Shown: in pieces, positions 39,068-48,598 of the stretch | Numbering within the stretch: position 1 is the first letter of the stretch | Layout of the letters: every line of letters begins with the position of its first letter | Assembly (NCBI GenBank): GCA_015494465.1 | Contig: WGBD01000001.1 | Coordinates: 116,477-180,476, forward strand | DNA: 64,000 nt | From: Candidatus Omnitrophota bacterium | Lineage (GTDB): Bacteria > Omnitrophota > Gorgyraeia > S143-82 | Direction of reading: 5' to 3' | Notes under the pieces: generated by a model | Databases searched by the model: none | The model's input: only the letters and a program-made list of their open reading frames with translations | Told to the model about the DNA's origin: nothing | Made by a program: the position numbers and the translations under genes

Positions 39068-41137
39068 ATGCGGGCACTTTTGAACCTCTTATTCCACCTC
39101 TTTCCCAGGCTCTTGGCCTATGCCACCCTCCTGGTTGGGGTCTTCGGTATAATGATGGTGACTCAACTCCGGTCTAACGAAAACGATGTATGGCTACACC
39201 TAAAGACCGGCGAACTGATATGGCAGACGAAGCGCGTGCCTAAGAGCGAACCGTTTTCGGCAGTCCTGCAGGGGGAACCTTGGGTTGATCTCAGTTGGGG
39301 AACGCAGGTGTTGTTCTACGGACTTCACCGAATTCTCCCCTTGTGGGCTATCCGGGTTGTGCTCTTTTTACTGGTCTTCCTACTATACATCCACTTCTCA
39401 CTCAAAACGGGCCTTTCCCTAACCGAGGCCTCGTTAGCTACCCCGCTCATAGTCTGGATAATAGCTACCAACTCCACGATCCGCCCCCACTGGATAAGCG
39501 TAATACTATTCACTTGGCAACTTCTTATCATCCACAGGGCAGAGATATCCAAGGAATTGAAGTGGCGGAATGTCTGGGCACTAATTGTACTGCAGGTAAT
39601 CTGGGCAAACATCCATGCTTATCACATCGTAGGGCTGACGAACCTCCTTATTCTGTCTCTGGTCCATATAGCTCTACATTGGATTAGCAAAAATCCCGCT
39701 GACCTGCGCCTTAGTAAAAGATACGGATACGCCTTAGGCCTAGCCGTTATCTCGACTATCCTTAGTTCTCCTTATCACCTCCAAGCCATCCTTTATCCAA
39801 TCCAGGCAGTGAGGTACAACCTCCACTTGCTCAATCGCATAATAGAACTAGCCTCCATCTTCCCGACGAACCATCCGTCCACCTATCCCCTGACGGGGAC
39901 AACGATACTCGCCCTTCTGCTCATACTCACCATCCTCCCAGCAAACCGCGCCCCTGTAACGGAAAAGATCTTGGTCCTCTGGTACATCTACCTCGGTGCC
40001 ATGGCCATAAGGAATCAGATCTTCTTCCCTTCCCTAACTCTCGTATTCCTGCTTTACGGATACAAACAGACGATAGCCAATCCCAGATGGCGCAGTTGGC
40101 TATCTGCCCTATCCTTTCTCCTCTCTTACTACATAACATTCTGCGGCATCCTCCCTACTTACAGGCCCACATTCATGTACACCGAGAAACGCTATGGATT
40201 CTGGGGACAGGACCACGACTTTTACTGCCAAGGGGCCATCGACTTCCTAAAGGAGATCAGGGCTACCGGGACCCTCTTATGCAGTTTCGACATCGGCAGT
40301 AAGGCGATCTATGAGCTCTATCCAAACATGCAGGTATGCTTGGACGGCAGGAGCGAGCTCTATCCACAGGAGTACCTAAAGGCACTGGAGGCCGTATTCT
40401 ACCAGGGCAACTTCGTGCTCCTGACTCGCATCGCCAGCAATCACAACATTCGATTCATACTATGGAACCTCCTGAATCCCAAAGGACCGGATACCGCATT
40501 CCTGTTATACTTGCTCAAGAGTAGACAGTGGATCCCCATATACGCAGACGAGACTTCCCTGATATGTGCCAGAAATGTACCTGCTAATCAGAGGATCATA
40601 CGCGACTATGGACTAGAAAGACCCATACTAAAGGTCCTAAGGCGCGTAGAGAAAGATTACAAGCTCTTTCCTATAGAGATCCCTGCAAGGGCCTACCTCA
40701 AGTGGACCAGACTCATCATTTCTCCTGATACCCCTGGAATACAGGAAGCCATAGCTCTCTTAAAGCGCCTCCGATTTATTACCCGCTCTCCCGAGGTGGA
40801 TTATGAAGTAGGGAGGCTCTTGCTCCTACAGGGAGACGCTTTCAACGCAAGCCTACACCTAAATGAGGCCTATATCTCCAACTGCCCTCGGGCGCGGTGT
40901 CCTGAACTGCCCCTACTCTTGGCCACATCCGCCCTGAGCACAAAAGAAATAGGACTTTCTCAAAGCTGGCTTCAGAGCTTATCACTGAAGACAATCGCCA
41001 AAATTCGGACTATACTGAAAGGAGAGCCAAGGCAATTCCGCCAGGCCTTCAAGAAAGGCAGGCTCTTAGAGAGGATAAAGGCGAGCTTTTACCTAGATCT
41101 ACACAGGGCGATTGCAGGGAATGGGAAGCCAAAATGA
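39068..41137 (+). CDS. large polytopic membrane protein, hypothetical (possibly GT-C-like glycosyltransferase fold)
   Basis: 689 aa; about 12 N-terminal TM helices then a soluble C-terminal domain; lower GC than the flanking DNA. Confidence 0.45.
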   Translation: MRALLNLLFHLFPRLLAYATLLVGVFGIMMVTQLRSNENDVWLHLKTGELIWQTKRVPKSEPFSAVLQGEPWVDLSWGTQVLFYGLHRILPLWAIRVVLFLLVFLLYIHFSLKTGLSLTEASLATPLIVWIIATNSTIRPHWISVILFTWQLLIIHRAEISKELKWRNVWALIVLQVIWANIHAYHIVGLTNLLILSLVHIALHWISKNPADLRLSKRYGYALGLAVISTILSSPYHLQAILYPIQAVRYNLHLLNRIIELASIFPTNHPSTYPLTGTTILALLLILTILPANRAPVTEKILVLWYIYLGAMAIRNQIFFPSLTLVFLLYGYKQTIANPRWRSWLSALSFLLSYYITFCGILPTYRPTFMYTEKRYGFWGQDHDFYCQGAIDFLKEIRATGTLLCSFDIGSKAIYELYPNMQVCLDGRSELYPQEYLKALEAVFYQGNFVLLTRIASNHNIRFILWNLLNPKGPDTAFLLYLLKSRQWIPIYADETSLICARNVPANQRIIRDYGLERPILKVLRRVEKDYKLFPIEIPARAYLKWTRLIISPDTPGIQEAIALLKRLRFITRSPEVDYEVGRLLLLQGDAFNASLHLNEAYISNCPRARCPELPLLLATSALSTKEIGLSQSWLQSLSLKTIAKIRTILKGEPRQFRQAFKKGRLLERIKASFYLDLHRAIAGNGKPK

Positions 41138-41870
41138 ATTCCTAGGATTAGGGACTCTGAGGTACTCATCTAACGACTCGCTGTCTAGGGGGTGGAGGGC
41201 GATAAAGAGCTTGACCCCGGATCAGTGGATCGAAGAGCTCCCACGAGTATTTTCCCTATCACTATCGTTATCGCAAACCTATCTCGTATTAGTAAACGAA
41301 GAGGTACTAGGGGCTATTACTCCAACCCAACTTATCGAATTAAAAGGGAATCTTCCTTTGACCAGGGGCTACCTAATACTGCCTTCTCCGGCTAGGGAAA
41401 TCCGCGTATATACCACCCAAGAAAAGGCCACCATATACCGGCTCGCCAATCCCTACACCTACATAAAAGAGGTATCACCAAAATTCCGGGAAGGAGAAAT
41501 TGAGATGCCATTGGCGTCTATCGCCCTAACCCAGGGCGATAGATATACAGCTATATCCGTTGAGCGGTTTTTGACCTACAAACATACCTCGGCCTACGAG
41601 GTCTTTGCTAAGCACCTCGTCTACCCCTATCCTAAAACCTTCATTAAAGAACTGACAAGAACCCTGCAATTTATACCTCGGCACACCAATCTATGGGTAA
41701 TAATAACCGAGGGGTTGTTCGAAATCATGACCGATGAGGAGATGGAATCGATCTACTCGTTGTTGTCAGGAGCAAACTGCCCACACCAGATAATAACGAT
41801 GCCTTATCTGATAGACCTGGAATTTTTCCCAGAAATCAATTTATACACTATCCTATTAATAGGGACATGA
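41112..41870 (+). CDS. hypothetical protein
   Basis: 252 aa ORF with no motifs; overlaps the upstream gene end and abuts the histidine kinase. Confidence 0.4.
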   Translation: MQGMGSQNEFLGLGTLRYSSNDSLSRGWRAIKSLTPDQWIEELPRVFSLSLSLSQTYLVLVNEEVLGAITPTQLIELKGNLPLTRGYLILPSPAREIRVYTTQEKATIYRLANPYTYIKEVSPKFREGEIEMPLASIALTQGDRYTAISVERFLTYKHTSAYEVFAKHLVYPYPKTFIKELTRTLQFIPRHTNLWVIITEGLFEIMTDEEMESIYSLLSGANCPHQIITMPYLIDLEFFPEINLYTILLIGT

Positions 41871-43324
41871 ACTGGGACATCTTTATAGTCATATTATTGG
41901 GCCTATGCGTAGTAACCGCCCTTTTTCTCCTCTATAGGCTATTAACTAAAGGGGCTGATCTCTACAACCTCCCTCCCAAGGCCGAGGAACTTATAAAGGA
42001 AAACGCCTATCTTAGGCTGAAGATAGCACATCTGCGCAAAGAGAAGGAGATGCTGGAGGACATCAACCGGGCCTTAACAAACCTAGCCCCCGTCTTCTCT
42101 TGGGATCAGTTGAAGCTCAACCTCAAAAAGGCAAACCTCCCTTCTCTAGGTATTACCAAATCCGCCCTCTATACGCGCACCTCCGATATCCTGGAGATCG
42201 TATACGAGGAGAATCTGGATGCTGAAGCACTGGATTCCTTAAAGACCGGGATAGACCTCACCGCCAAGGTCATGGAAGTCAACCCCAAAAGGCCCATCGT
42301 CGATAGCAACACCCTCTTTCTCAAAGACCCACAGCTCACATCACGCATAAAGAACACGCTATCCGCCACCTTCTTCTGCTTTTACTACATCTACCACGAA
42401 GAGATCCCATCTGCCGTGCTGGTCTGTGCCACAGACCAGGCATGCGACCCGGGCAGATTTACCGCGTTGGTCCAATTCATAGGGCAGCACCTAGTGCACA
42501 TCACGAACATCATCAATATATACCAGGACCTAATCAAAAAACAACAAGACCTAGAGATGACCATAAAGAACCGCACCCAGGAACTCCAAGAGGCTATAGA
42601 CAAGATCTCTCAGATAAATCGATCTAAATCCGAATTCGTCTCTACGGTAGCCCACGAATTGAGGACTTCCCTAACCGCTATATTGGGTTTCGCAACCCTA
42701 ATATACGACGGCAAATTGGGCGAGATCCCCCCAAATGTGAAGGATAGGATCAATCGCATACGCAACCAGGTAAAACGGCTCGTCGAGATGGTCAACACAC
42801 TTCTGGACATCAACCGTATCGAATCGGGCAAGGTAGAGATGCACCCCGAGCCTCTGGATGCCAAGACCCTCCTAACCACCACCGCTGATGTATTTGCCCA
42901 ACAGCTAAACGAGAAAGGGATAGAGCTTGGGATAGAGTGTCCTGAAGGGATCGTGATAGAAGCTGACAGGATATACATGGAACGGGTGATACACAATCTA
43001 GTGAGCAATGCGATCAAGTTCACCCCATCTGGAGGAAGAATCGAGCTTATCTGCAAAGAACTAGGAGACGATAGGATAGAGCTAATAGTGAAAGACACTG
43101 GGGTGGGGATCTCTGAGAGAGATCTTCCCAATATCTTCAAAGAATTTTATTCGGTAGATAGGCCCGATGTCACCAAGATAAGAGGCATAGGTCTCGGGTT
43201 GTCTTTGGTAAAGAGGGTAATCGATGCCCACGACGGAGAGATCTATGTGAAATCGAAACTTAACGAAGGAACCACATTTATAATACACTTAAAGGGTAAA
43301 AAGCAGGAGGCAAGAGATGTATAG
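41867..43324 (+). CDS. sensor histidine kinase
   Basis: N-terminal TM, coiled-coil, H-box VAHELRTSLTAILGF, and HATPase_c N/G boxes (NLVSNAIKF, DTGVGI, GIGLGLSL). Confidence 0.8.
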   Translation: MNWDIFIVILLGLCVVTALFLLYRLLTKGADLYNLPPKAEELIKENAYLRLKIAHLRKEKEMLEDINRALTNLAPVFSWDQLKLNLKKANLPSLGITKSALYTRTSDILEIVYEENLDAEALDSLKTGIDLTAKVMEVNPKRPIVDSNTLFLKDPQLTSRIKNTLSATFFCFYYIYHEEIPSAVLVCATDQACDPGRFTALVQFIGQHLVHITNIINIYQDLIKKQQDLEMTIKNRTQELQEAIDKISQINRSKSEFVSTVAHELRTSLTAILGFATLIYDGKLGEIPPNVKDRINRIRNQVKRLVEMVNTLLDINRIESGKVEMHPEPLDAKTLLTTTADVFAQQLNEKGIELGIECPEGIVIEADRIYMERVIHNLVSNAIKFTPSGGRIELICKELGDDRIELIVKDTGVGISERDLPNIFKEFYSVDRPDVTKIRGIGLGLSLVKRVIDAHDGEIYVKSKLNEGTTFIIHLKGKKQEARDV

Positions 43325-44240
43325 GATCCTCTCTTGTGACGACGATCCCGACATCTTGGACGTAATAGAGATAACCTTTGCCAGCGAAGGCTTTGATGTT
43401 ATCACTGCCTCTGATGGCAAGTCGGGATGGGATATCATCCAAAAGGAACACATAGATGTGGTCATCTTAGACTACATGATGCCAGGACTAAACGGCATCG
43501 AGCTGTGCAAACGCATCAAAAGCGACCCCTTGCTGTCTCAGATCCCGGTGCTATTGGTCACAGGGAAAGGCGAAACCGAGGACAGGTTACTGGGATTGGA
43601 ATCCGGAGCGGACGACTACATAGTCAAGCCTTTCGAACCTCAAGAACTAGTAGCCAGGGTGAGAAACCTACTGAATCGAACCCGCCTTATATTGGACACC
43701 AACCCATTGACCAGACTCCCAGGGAACAACGCTATCACCCAGGAAATAAACAAAAAACTACATAGCCAAGAGCCATTCGCGGTAGCCTACATAGATCTAA
43801 ACCAATTTAAAGCATATAACGACAAGTACGGATTTACTGCTGGCGACGAGATAATACAGTTCACTGCCAAGATCCTCCTCACGACGAGCCGAGAGATAGA
43901 TCCCAATGCCTTCGTAGGGCACATCGGGGGAGACGACTTCGTTATCATATCTTCTCCCGAGAAGATAGAACAGATAGCCCAAAAGGTAATCGAAAGGTTC
44001 GACTCAGAGATAAAAAACTTCTACGATCCCGAGGCAAGAGAAAAAGGATACATCGAGACCTTGGGAAGGGATAGAGTACTAAGGCGCTTCCCCATAATGT
44101 CCGTTTCCATATCCATAGCAGACAGCCAACGCAGGAAGTTTACCCATGTAGGAGAGATCGCCCAGGTGGCGGCAGAACTCAAGAAAAAGGTAAAGACCTT
44201 CGGCAAGAGCGCTTATATGATCGACAGGCGCAGTGGATAA
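43317..44240 (+). CDS. response regulator receiver fused to a GGDEF domain (variant GGDDF motif)
   Basis: REC domain (DDDPDIL...VVILDYMMPG...KPF), then a GGDEF-fold region (PLTRLPGNNAI...GHIGGDDFVII). Confidence 0.75.
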   Translation: MYRILSCDDDPDILDVIEITFASEGFDVITASDGKSGWDIIQKEHIDVVILDYMMPGLNGIELCKRIKSDPLLSQIPVLLVTGKGETEDRLLGLESGADDYIVKPFEPQELVARVRNLLNRTRLILDTNPLTRLPGNNAITQEINKKLHSQEPFAVAYIDLNQFKAYNDKYGFTAGDEIIQFTAKILLTTSREIDPNAFVGHIGGDDFVIISSPEKIEQIAQKVIERFDSEIKNFYDPEAREKGYIETLGRDRVLRRFPIMSVSISIADSQRRKFTHVGEIAQVAAELKKKVKTFGKSAYMIDRRSG

Positions 44241-44244
44241 TCAC

Positions 44245-44326
44245 TGCCGGGAGTGGGATTTGAACCCACACGGGTTGCCCCACACGCCCCTCAAACGTGC
44301 GCGTCTGCCAATTCCGCCATCCCGGC
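44245..44326 (-). tRNA. tRNA-Leu (anticodon GAG), type II
   Basis: Reverse complement GCCGGGATGGCGGAATTGGCAGACGCGCACGTTTGAGGGGCGTG...GTGGGTTCAAATCCCACTCCCGGCA. Anticodon stem is CACGU/GCGUG with loop UUGAGGG; CCA is not encoded. Confidence 0.75.
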
Positions 44327-44336
44327 TTGGTAAAAA

Positions 44337-44410
44337 TGGGCGGTAGAGGACTCGAACCTCTGACCTTCTGTACGTCAAACAGACGCTCTAACCAACTGAG
44401 CTAACCGCCC
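44337..44410 (-). tRNA. tRNA-Val (anticodon GAC)
   Basis: Reverse complement GGGCGGTTAGCTCAGTTGGTTAGAGCGTCTGTTTGACGTACAGAAGGTCAGAGGTTCGAGTCCTCTACCGCCCA. Confidence 0.85.
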
Positions 44411-44460
44411 AACTCTATAAGTTATACTAGAACCCAGGCTCTAAAGTCAAGGCGTAAAAA

Positions 44461-45921
44461 TCACCCTTTGATCACACCCAAAGGTCGCATCCTGGCTACC
44501 TTTTTAGAGAGCCCCGCGACCTCAGCCACTTCTACCACCATGGACACATCCTTGTACGCCTCCGGAGCCTCCTCTACCAGGGTGCGCTTGCTGTGAGAGT
44601 ACACCTTAATCCCCCTATCCTCCAACTCCTTCAACAACCTGCTATAAGAGATCTCCTTAGTGGCCTGGTTCCGCGACTTGCACCTCCCCGCCCCGTGGCA
44701 GGTGGATCCCAACGACCTATCTAGGCTCTCTTTCCTGCCTACCAACAGATAGGAACTCCGCCCCATATCCCCTGGTATGAGCACTGGCTGGCCCACTTCA
44801 CGATAGCGCTCTGGGACTTCTTGTCTTTCAGGTCCAAAGGAACGAGTGGCTCCTTTTCGGTGGACGCAAAGCGTACGCCACTTACCGTCTACATGATGGC
44901 GCTCCAACTTGGCGATGTTGTGGGCGACATCGTATATCAGATCCAATCCCAACGAGCGCCAGGCCCCACCAAAAACCACCTCGAAGGCCTCCCTCACCAT
45001 GTGGGTGATCATCTGTCGGTTCGCCCAGGCGTAATTGGCTGCGCAACACATTGCCCTCCAATATCTTTGCCCTTCCTCTGAATAGAACGGTGCGCAGACC
45101 AGCTGTCTATCGGGAACACTTATCCCGTACTTGCTCATCGCAGAAAGCATTATCTTCACGAAGTCCGAACATATCTGGTGCCCCAATCCCCGTGATCCGC
45201 AATGGATCATAACGGTTATCTGCCCCTTAAATACCCCAAAGGCCTGGGCTACCGCCTCGTCGTACACCTCCTCTACCACCTGGATCTCAAGGAAGTGGTT
45301 CCCTGATCCCAGACTGCCCAACTGAGGGACCCCTCGTTCGTATGCCCTTCGCGAGACCTCTTCGGGGTCTGCATCCGGCATACATCCCCCTTCTTCACAG
45401 TGCACGAGGTCCGCCTCTTCCCCCATACCATGGGTAACCAGCCACCGACTCCCCTGGGAAAGGACCCGTTTCAGCTCCTTCTTGGATAGTGATAACCCGC
45501 CATCTCTGCCTAATCCTGCGGGGATCCTTGCGTACAATCTCGAAAGTAGCTGATCTAGTCGGGGCAGAACCTCATCCAGCTCCAGGTTCGAGCGTATCAA
45601 CCTGACACCGCAGTTTATGTCAAAGCCCACCCCTCCAGGGGAGATCACTCCCCTTTTGTCCACATCCATTCCCGCAACTCCCCCTATAGGGAACCCGTAA
45701 CCCCAATGGATGTCCGGCATGCCAAAAGAGTAGGCCACGATCCCCGGCAGGTGGGCCACATTAGCCACTTGGGTGATGGCCTCTGGCTCTACGAAATTCT
45801 CCAAGAGCTCTTCATCGGCGAATATCATGCCGTCCACCAGCATTCCGCCAGTACGGGGGATCTTCACCCGCACATCGTCTATTCTAATCAGAGCTAGATC
45901 CGCCATCTTCCCCTCCGACAT
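44461..45921 (-). CDS. rtcB: RtcB-family RNA 3'-phosphate ligase
   Basis: 486 aa with conserved His/Cys metal ligands (DINCGVR, GSGNHF, HNIA, CHGAGR). Confidence 0.85.
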   Translation of the reverse strand: MSEGKMADLALIRIDDVRVKIPRTGGMLVDGMIFADEELLENFVEPEAITQVANVAHLPGIVAYSFGMPDIHWGYGFPIGGVAGMDVDKRGVISPGGVGFDINCGVRLIRSNLELDEVLPRLDQLLSRLYARIPAGLGRDGGLSLSKKELKRVLSQGSRWLVTHGMGEEADLVHCEEGGCMPDADPEEVSRRAYERGVPQLGSLGSGNHFLEIQVVEEVYDEAVAQAFGVFKGQITVMIHCGSRGLGHQICSDFVKIMLSAMSKYGISVPDRQLVCAPFYSEEGQRYWRAMCCAANYAWANRQMITHMVREAFEVVFGGAWRSLGLDLIYDVAHNIAKLERHHVDGKWRTLCVHRKGATRSFGPERQEVPERYREVGQPVLIPGDMGRSSYLLVGRKESLDRSLGSTCHGAGRCKSRNQATKEISYSRLLKELEDRGIKVYSHSKRTLVEEAPEAYKDVSMVVEVAEVAGLSKKVARMRPLGVIKG

Positions 45922-47878
45922 TCCTGATCACCACGAAGGTGATGTCGTCGCTCTGGGGCTGATCCCCATAGAAGGACTGCATCAGCTTGTCTATAGAACA
46001 AACAGGTGCGTTTATGTTGGAAATCACCCACTCCTTGACCCTTTCTTCCGAGATAAACCTCTCCCCCACCCTTGCCTCTAACACCCCATCGCTGAAGAGG
46101 ATAATACTATCGCCTCTACTCCAGGCCACATCCAAGGCCTGGTACTCGGTCCACCTATCGACCCCCAACGGAGCCCCCTTTCCTGCAATGATCTCCTCTA
46201 GAGTCCCAGCTTCTGCCCGCCACATCCAGGCCGAGAGGTGTCCAGCATCGCTAATGACCACTTTATCCCTGGAGGCCTCTATCATGCAAGCGGTCGCGTA
46301 CACGCCAGATATCTTATACCTTGCCAAGAACCTATTGACCTCCTCCATCAGCTCGTTCACCGGGCGTTCGTTAAACCTGGGCCTGAGGACGCGTTCAGAG
46401 GTGATCACCTGGGCCACATATAGCGCGGCGCTCACGCCCTTACCCGAGACATCCCCCATAAGCACGCGCAATCTATCCTTTACCAACCAAACATCGTAAA
46501 AGTCACCCGCGACGAAGATCGCGGGAGAGAAAAAGACCTCCGTCTTTACCGTCTCACTCTGAGGGATGTCAGTAGGCAACATCTGCCGTTGGATCTCCGA
46601 AGCCACCCGCATCTCCTGCTCCACGCGCTCCCTTTCTCTCACCGTATCTATGTAGCCGTAAGCACTGCTGGCCAATACCATACAGAACCCCCCTAACAAC
46701 GGGCCTAAGTAATCAAACCACATCCCCGACCAGACGAACAATCCCAAGGCCGCTCCAACCCAAATTAGCGCAAGGATAAGGTAATTCCTCCAGAAGATCC
46801 CTAAATGCCTTACCCGCATTATGGAGACCAGACCGAACAACAGGAATACCAACGCCGGAAGCACGACCGGCATCCGTCTAATAAACCTATCCTTAAGGAC
46901 CGAGGCAAACACTACCCCGTAGGTCTCGATCATCGGCGTAGTGCGCTCTATTGGAGTGGGAGATAGGTCCTGAGTACCGGTAGCGGTCAAGCCCACTATG
47001 CAGGAAGAGCCCTTTATGAGCTCCACCATCCTCTTCTCTTCCTCGCTGAGCGGTATACCCCTCTGCTGTTTCCCGTAAGCGATCAACACACTCGCAAACG
47101 ATACCTTGTTAAAGACCTTCTCCCACGGACCAGGGTAATCCAGATAAAACCTATCGTCGCGATACAAAGGTATGTCCCTTGCAATGGTCCCTTGCTTGGG
47201 CCTTATGCGGACAAACCGAATCCGGTTAGGGAAGTTGATCACCTCGCTGGGGCGCACATCCAAGAAGTACAGGACATTTACCAGACTCAGGTGATAAAGA
47301 TACTCCTTTTTGAACACACCCACCTTAAGGTGCCTCAGCTTCAGGTATCGCCTCTTTCCATCTATGTCCACGGTGGTGGTTATGTACCCCGTGTGAAGCA
47401 ATCGATCTCTCGGGAGGACATTCTTAAAAAGGGTATATATGTCCACGACCCTGCTATAGCCCCGGGGGTCCACGGTCAAGGAATAGGGCAACAAGACATC
47501 CTTAAAGGCAGAGATGGCCCTAGCAAATTGATAATCCTGGTTGGAATTGGGATCTGGATCCCGATCGCTCGGCTCCGAAAAGAGCATATCGAAGGCCACC
47601 TGCTTGGCTCCCCAGCTCTTCAAGGCGGTTAGTAAAAAGGCATAGTACTTTCTCGGCAGAGGAAACGATCGGAACCCTTTAGTAGCCAGCGTCTTATCAT
47701 CGATAACTATCAGAACCAACGGGAGCTCGTGCGTATCTATCGGATTAAGGTGCGTCCGCAAATTAAGTGCTAGGTCGTAACCGACCAATTCCAAGCGTTC
47801 CAGTGCACGAAAGGATATAAGGCTGACGAACAAGAGAAGGATCGAGATCAATACGAGATAGCGGGATAGGGACTTCAT
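45884..47878 (-). CDS. CHASE2 extracytoplasmic sensor fused to a PP2C/SpoIIE-type serine phosphatase
   Basis: N-terminal signal/TM then a CHASE2-like periplasmic domain with trailing TM helices. C-terminal PPM phosphatase: FVAGDFYDV...LMGDVSGKGVSAAL. Confidence 0.7.
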   Translation of the reverse strand: MKSLSRYLVLISILLLFVSLISFRALERLELVGYDLALNLRTHLNPIDTHELPLVLIVIDDKTLATKGFRSFPLPRKYYAFLLTALKSWGAKQVAFDMLFSEPSDRDPDPNSNQDYQFARAISAFKDVLLPYSLTVDPRGYSRVVDIYTLFKNVLPRDRLLHTGYITTTVDIDGKRRYLKLRHLKVGVFKKEYLYHLSLVNVLYFLDVRPSEVINFPNRIRFVRIRPKQGTIARDIPLYRDDRFYLDYPGPWEKVFNKVSFASVLIAYGKQQRGIPLSEEEKRMVELIKGSSCIVGLTATGTQDLSPTPIERTTPMIETYGVVFASVLKDRFIRRMPVVLPALVFLLFGLVSIMRVRHLGIFWRNYLILALIWVGAALGLFVWSGMWFDYLGPLLGGFCMVLASSAYGYIDTVRERERVEQEMRVASEIQRQMLPTDIPQSETVKTEVFFSPAIFVAGDFYDVWLVKDRLRVLMGDVSGKGVSAALYVAQVITSERVLRPRFNERPVNELMEEVNRFLARYKISGVYATACMIEASRDKVVISDAGHLSAWMWRAEAGTLEEIIAGKGAPLGVDRWTEYQALDVAWSRGDSIILFSDGVLEARVGERFISEERVKEWVISNINAPVCSIDKLMQSFYGDQPQSDDITFVVIRNVGGEDGGSSSD

Positions 47879-48597
47879 CTAAATCGCTTTTTCATCGTTA
47901 CCTGGGATCCACCACGGGAAAAAGAGACCTCGTCCATAATGGACTTCACTAACCTTAGTCCTTTGCCCTCCGTCGTCTCAAAATCGAAGCCTTCACCTTC
48001 GTCTCTTACCTTTATCTCTATCTGCCCTGGATCGGCGATGTATTCTATCAACACGAACTTGTCCGACGAGAACTGATTTCCATGGCGTATCGCATTGACG
48101 ACCACCTCCTCCACCGCCAACCGCAGGTCCATCAGGATAGACTCCGACAGGTGGAATCTCTGGAGCACGGATATGATCCGTCGACTCACATCTTGCACAT
48201 ATTCCAAGTCACTGGGTATCTCTATCTTTCCTTCCTGGACGACTGCCTCATCCTGAGAGGAGGTCAAAAGATCGTCCAGGGCCTCGTATATCTCAAAGGC
48301 CTTGTCGAGGTGAGTCAAGGACAGCAACCTCTTAGCGTAATCGGAAAGCCCCACCAATATTAGCTTACCACCCCGCTTGGCCATCCTATCCTTCAGTTCT
48401 AACAACAATCCCAGACCAGAGCTGTCGAGGTAGCCTACTTTCGACAACTCTAGGACCAGGCAACTCACATCCCTTTCCCTGTCCAGGGCCTCCAGAATCG
48501 AGGATAACACCACGACCTTCTCTTTGGCTACTAACTCACCCTCCAAGTAGAATATCAACTTATCCTCTACCCTCTCTTCCCGAAACTTTATAGCCAT
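47875..48597 (-). CDS. fused anti-sigma-factor antagonist (STAS) and anti-sigma-factor serine kinase (RsbW/SpoIIAB-like HATPase)
   Basis: N-terminal STAS (VLELSKVGYLDSSGLGLLLEL). C-terminal GHKL kinase (EEVVVNAIRHGN...VRDEGEGFD...GKGLRLVKS). It lies immediately downstream of the PP2C gene. Confidence 0.7.
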   Translation of the reverse strand: MAIKFREERVEDKLIFYLEGELVAKEKVVVLSSILEALDRERDVSCLVLELSKVGYLDSSGLGLLLELKDRMAKRGGKLILVGLSDYAKRLLSLTHLDKAFEIYEALDDLLTSSQDEAVVQEGKIEIPSDLEYVQDVSRRIISVLQRFHLSESILMDLRLAVEEVVVNAIRHGNQFSSDKFVLIEYIADPGQIEIKVRDEGEGFDFETTEGKGLRLVKSIMDEVSFSRGGSQVTMKKRFR

Positions 48598-48598
48598 G

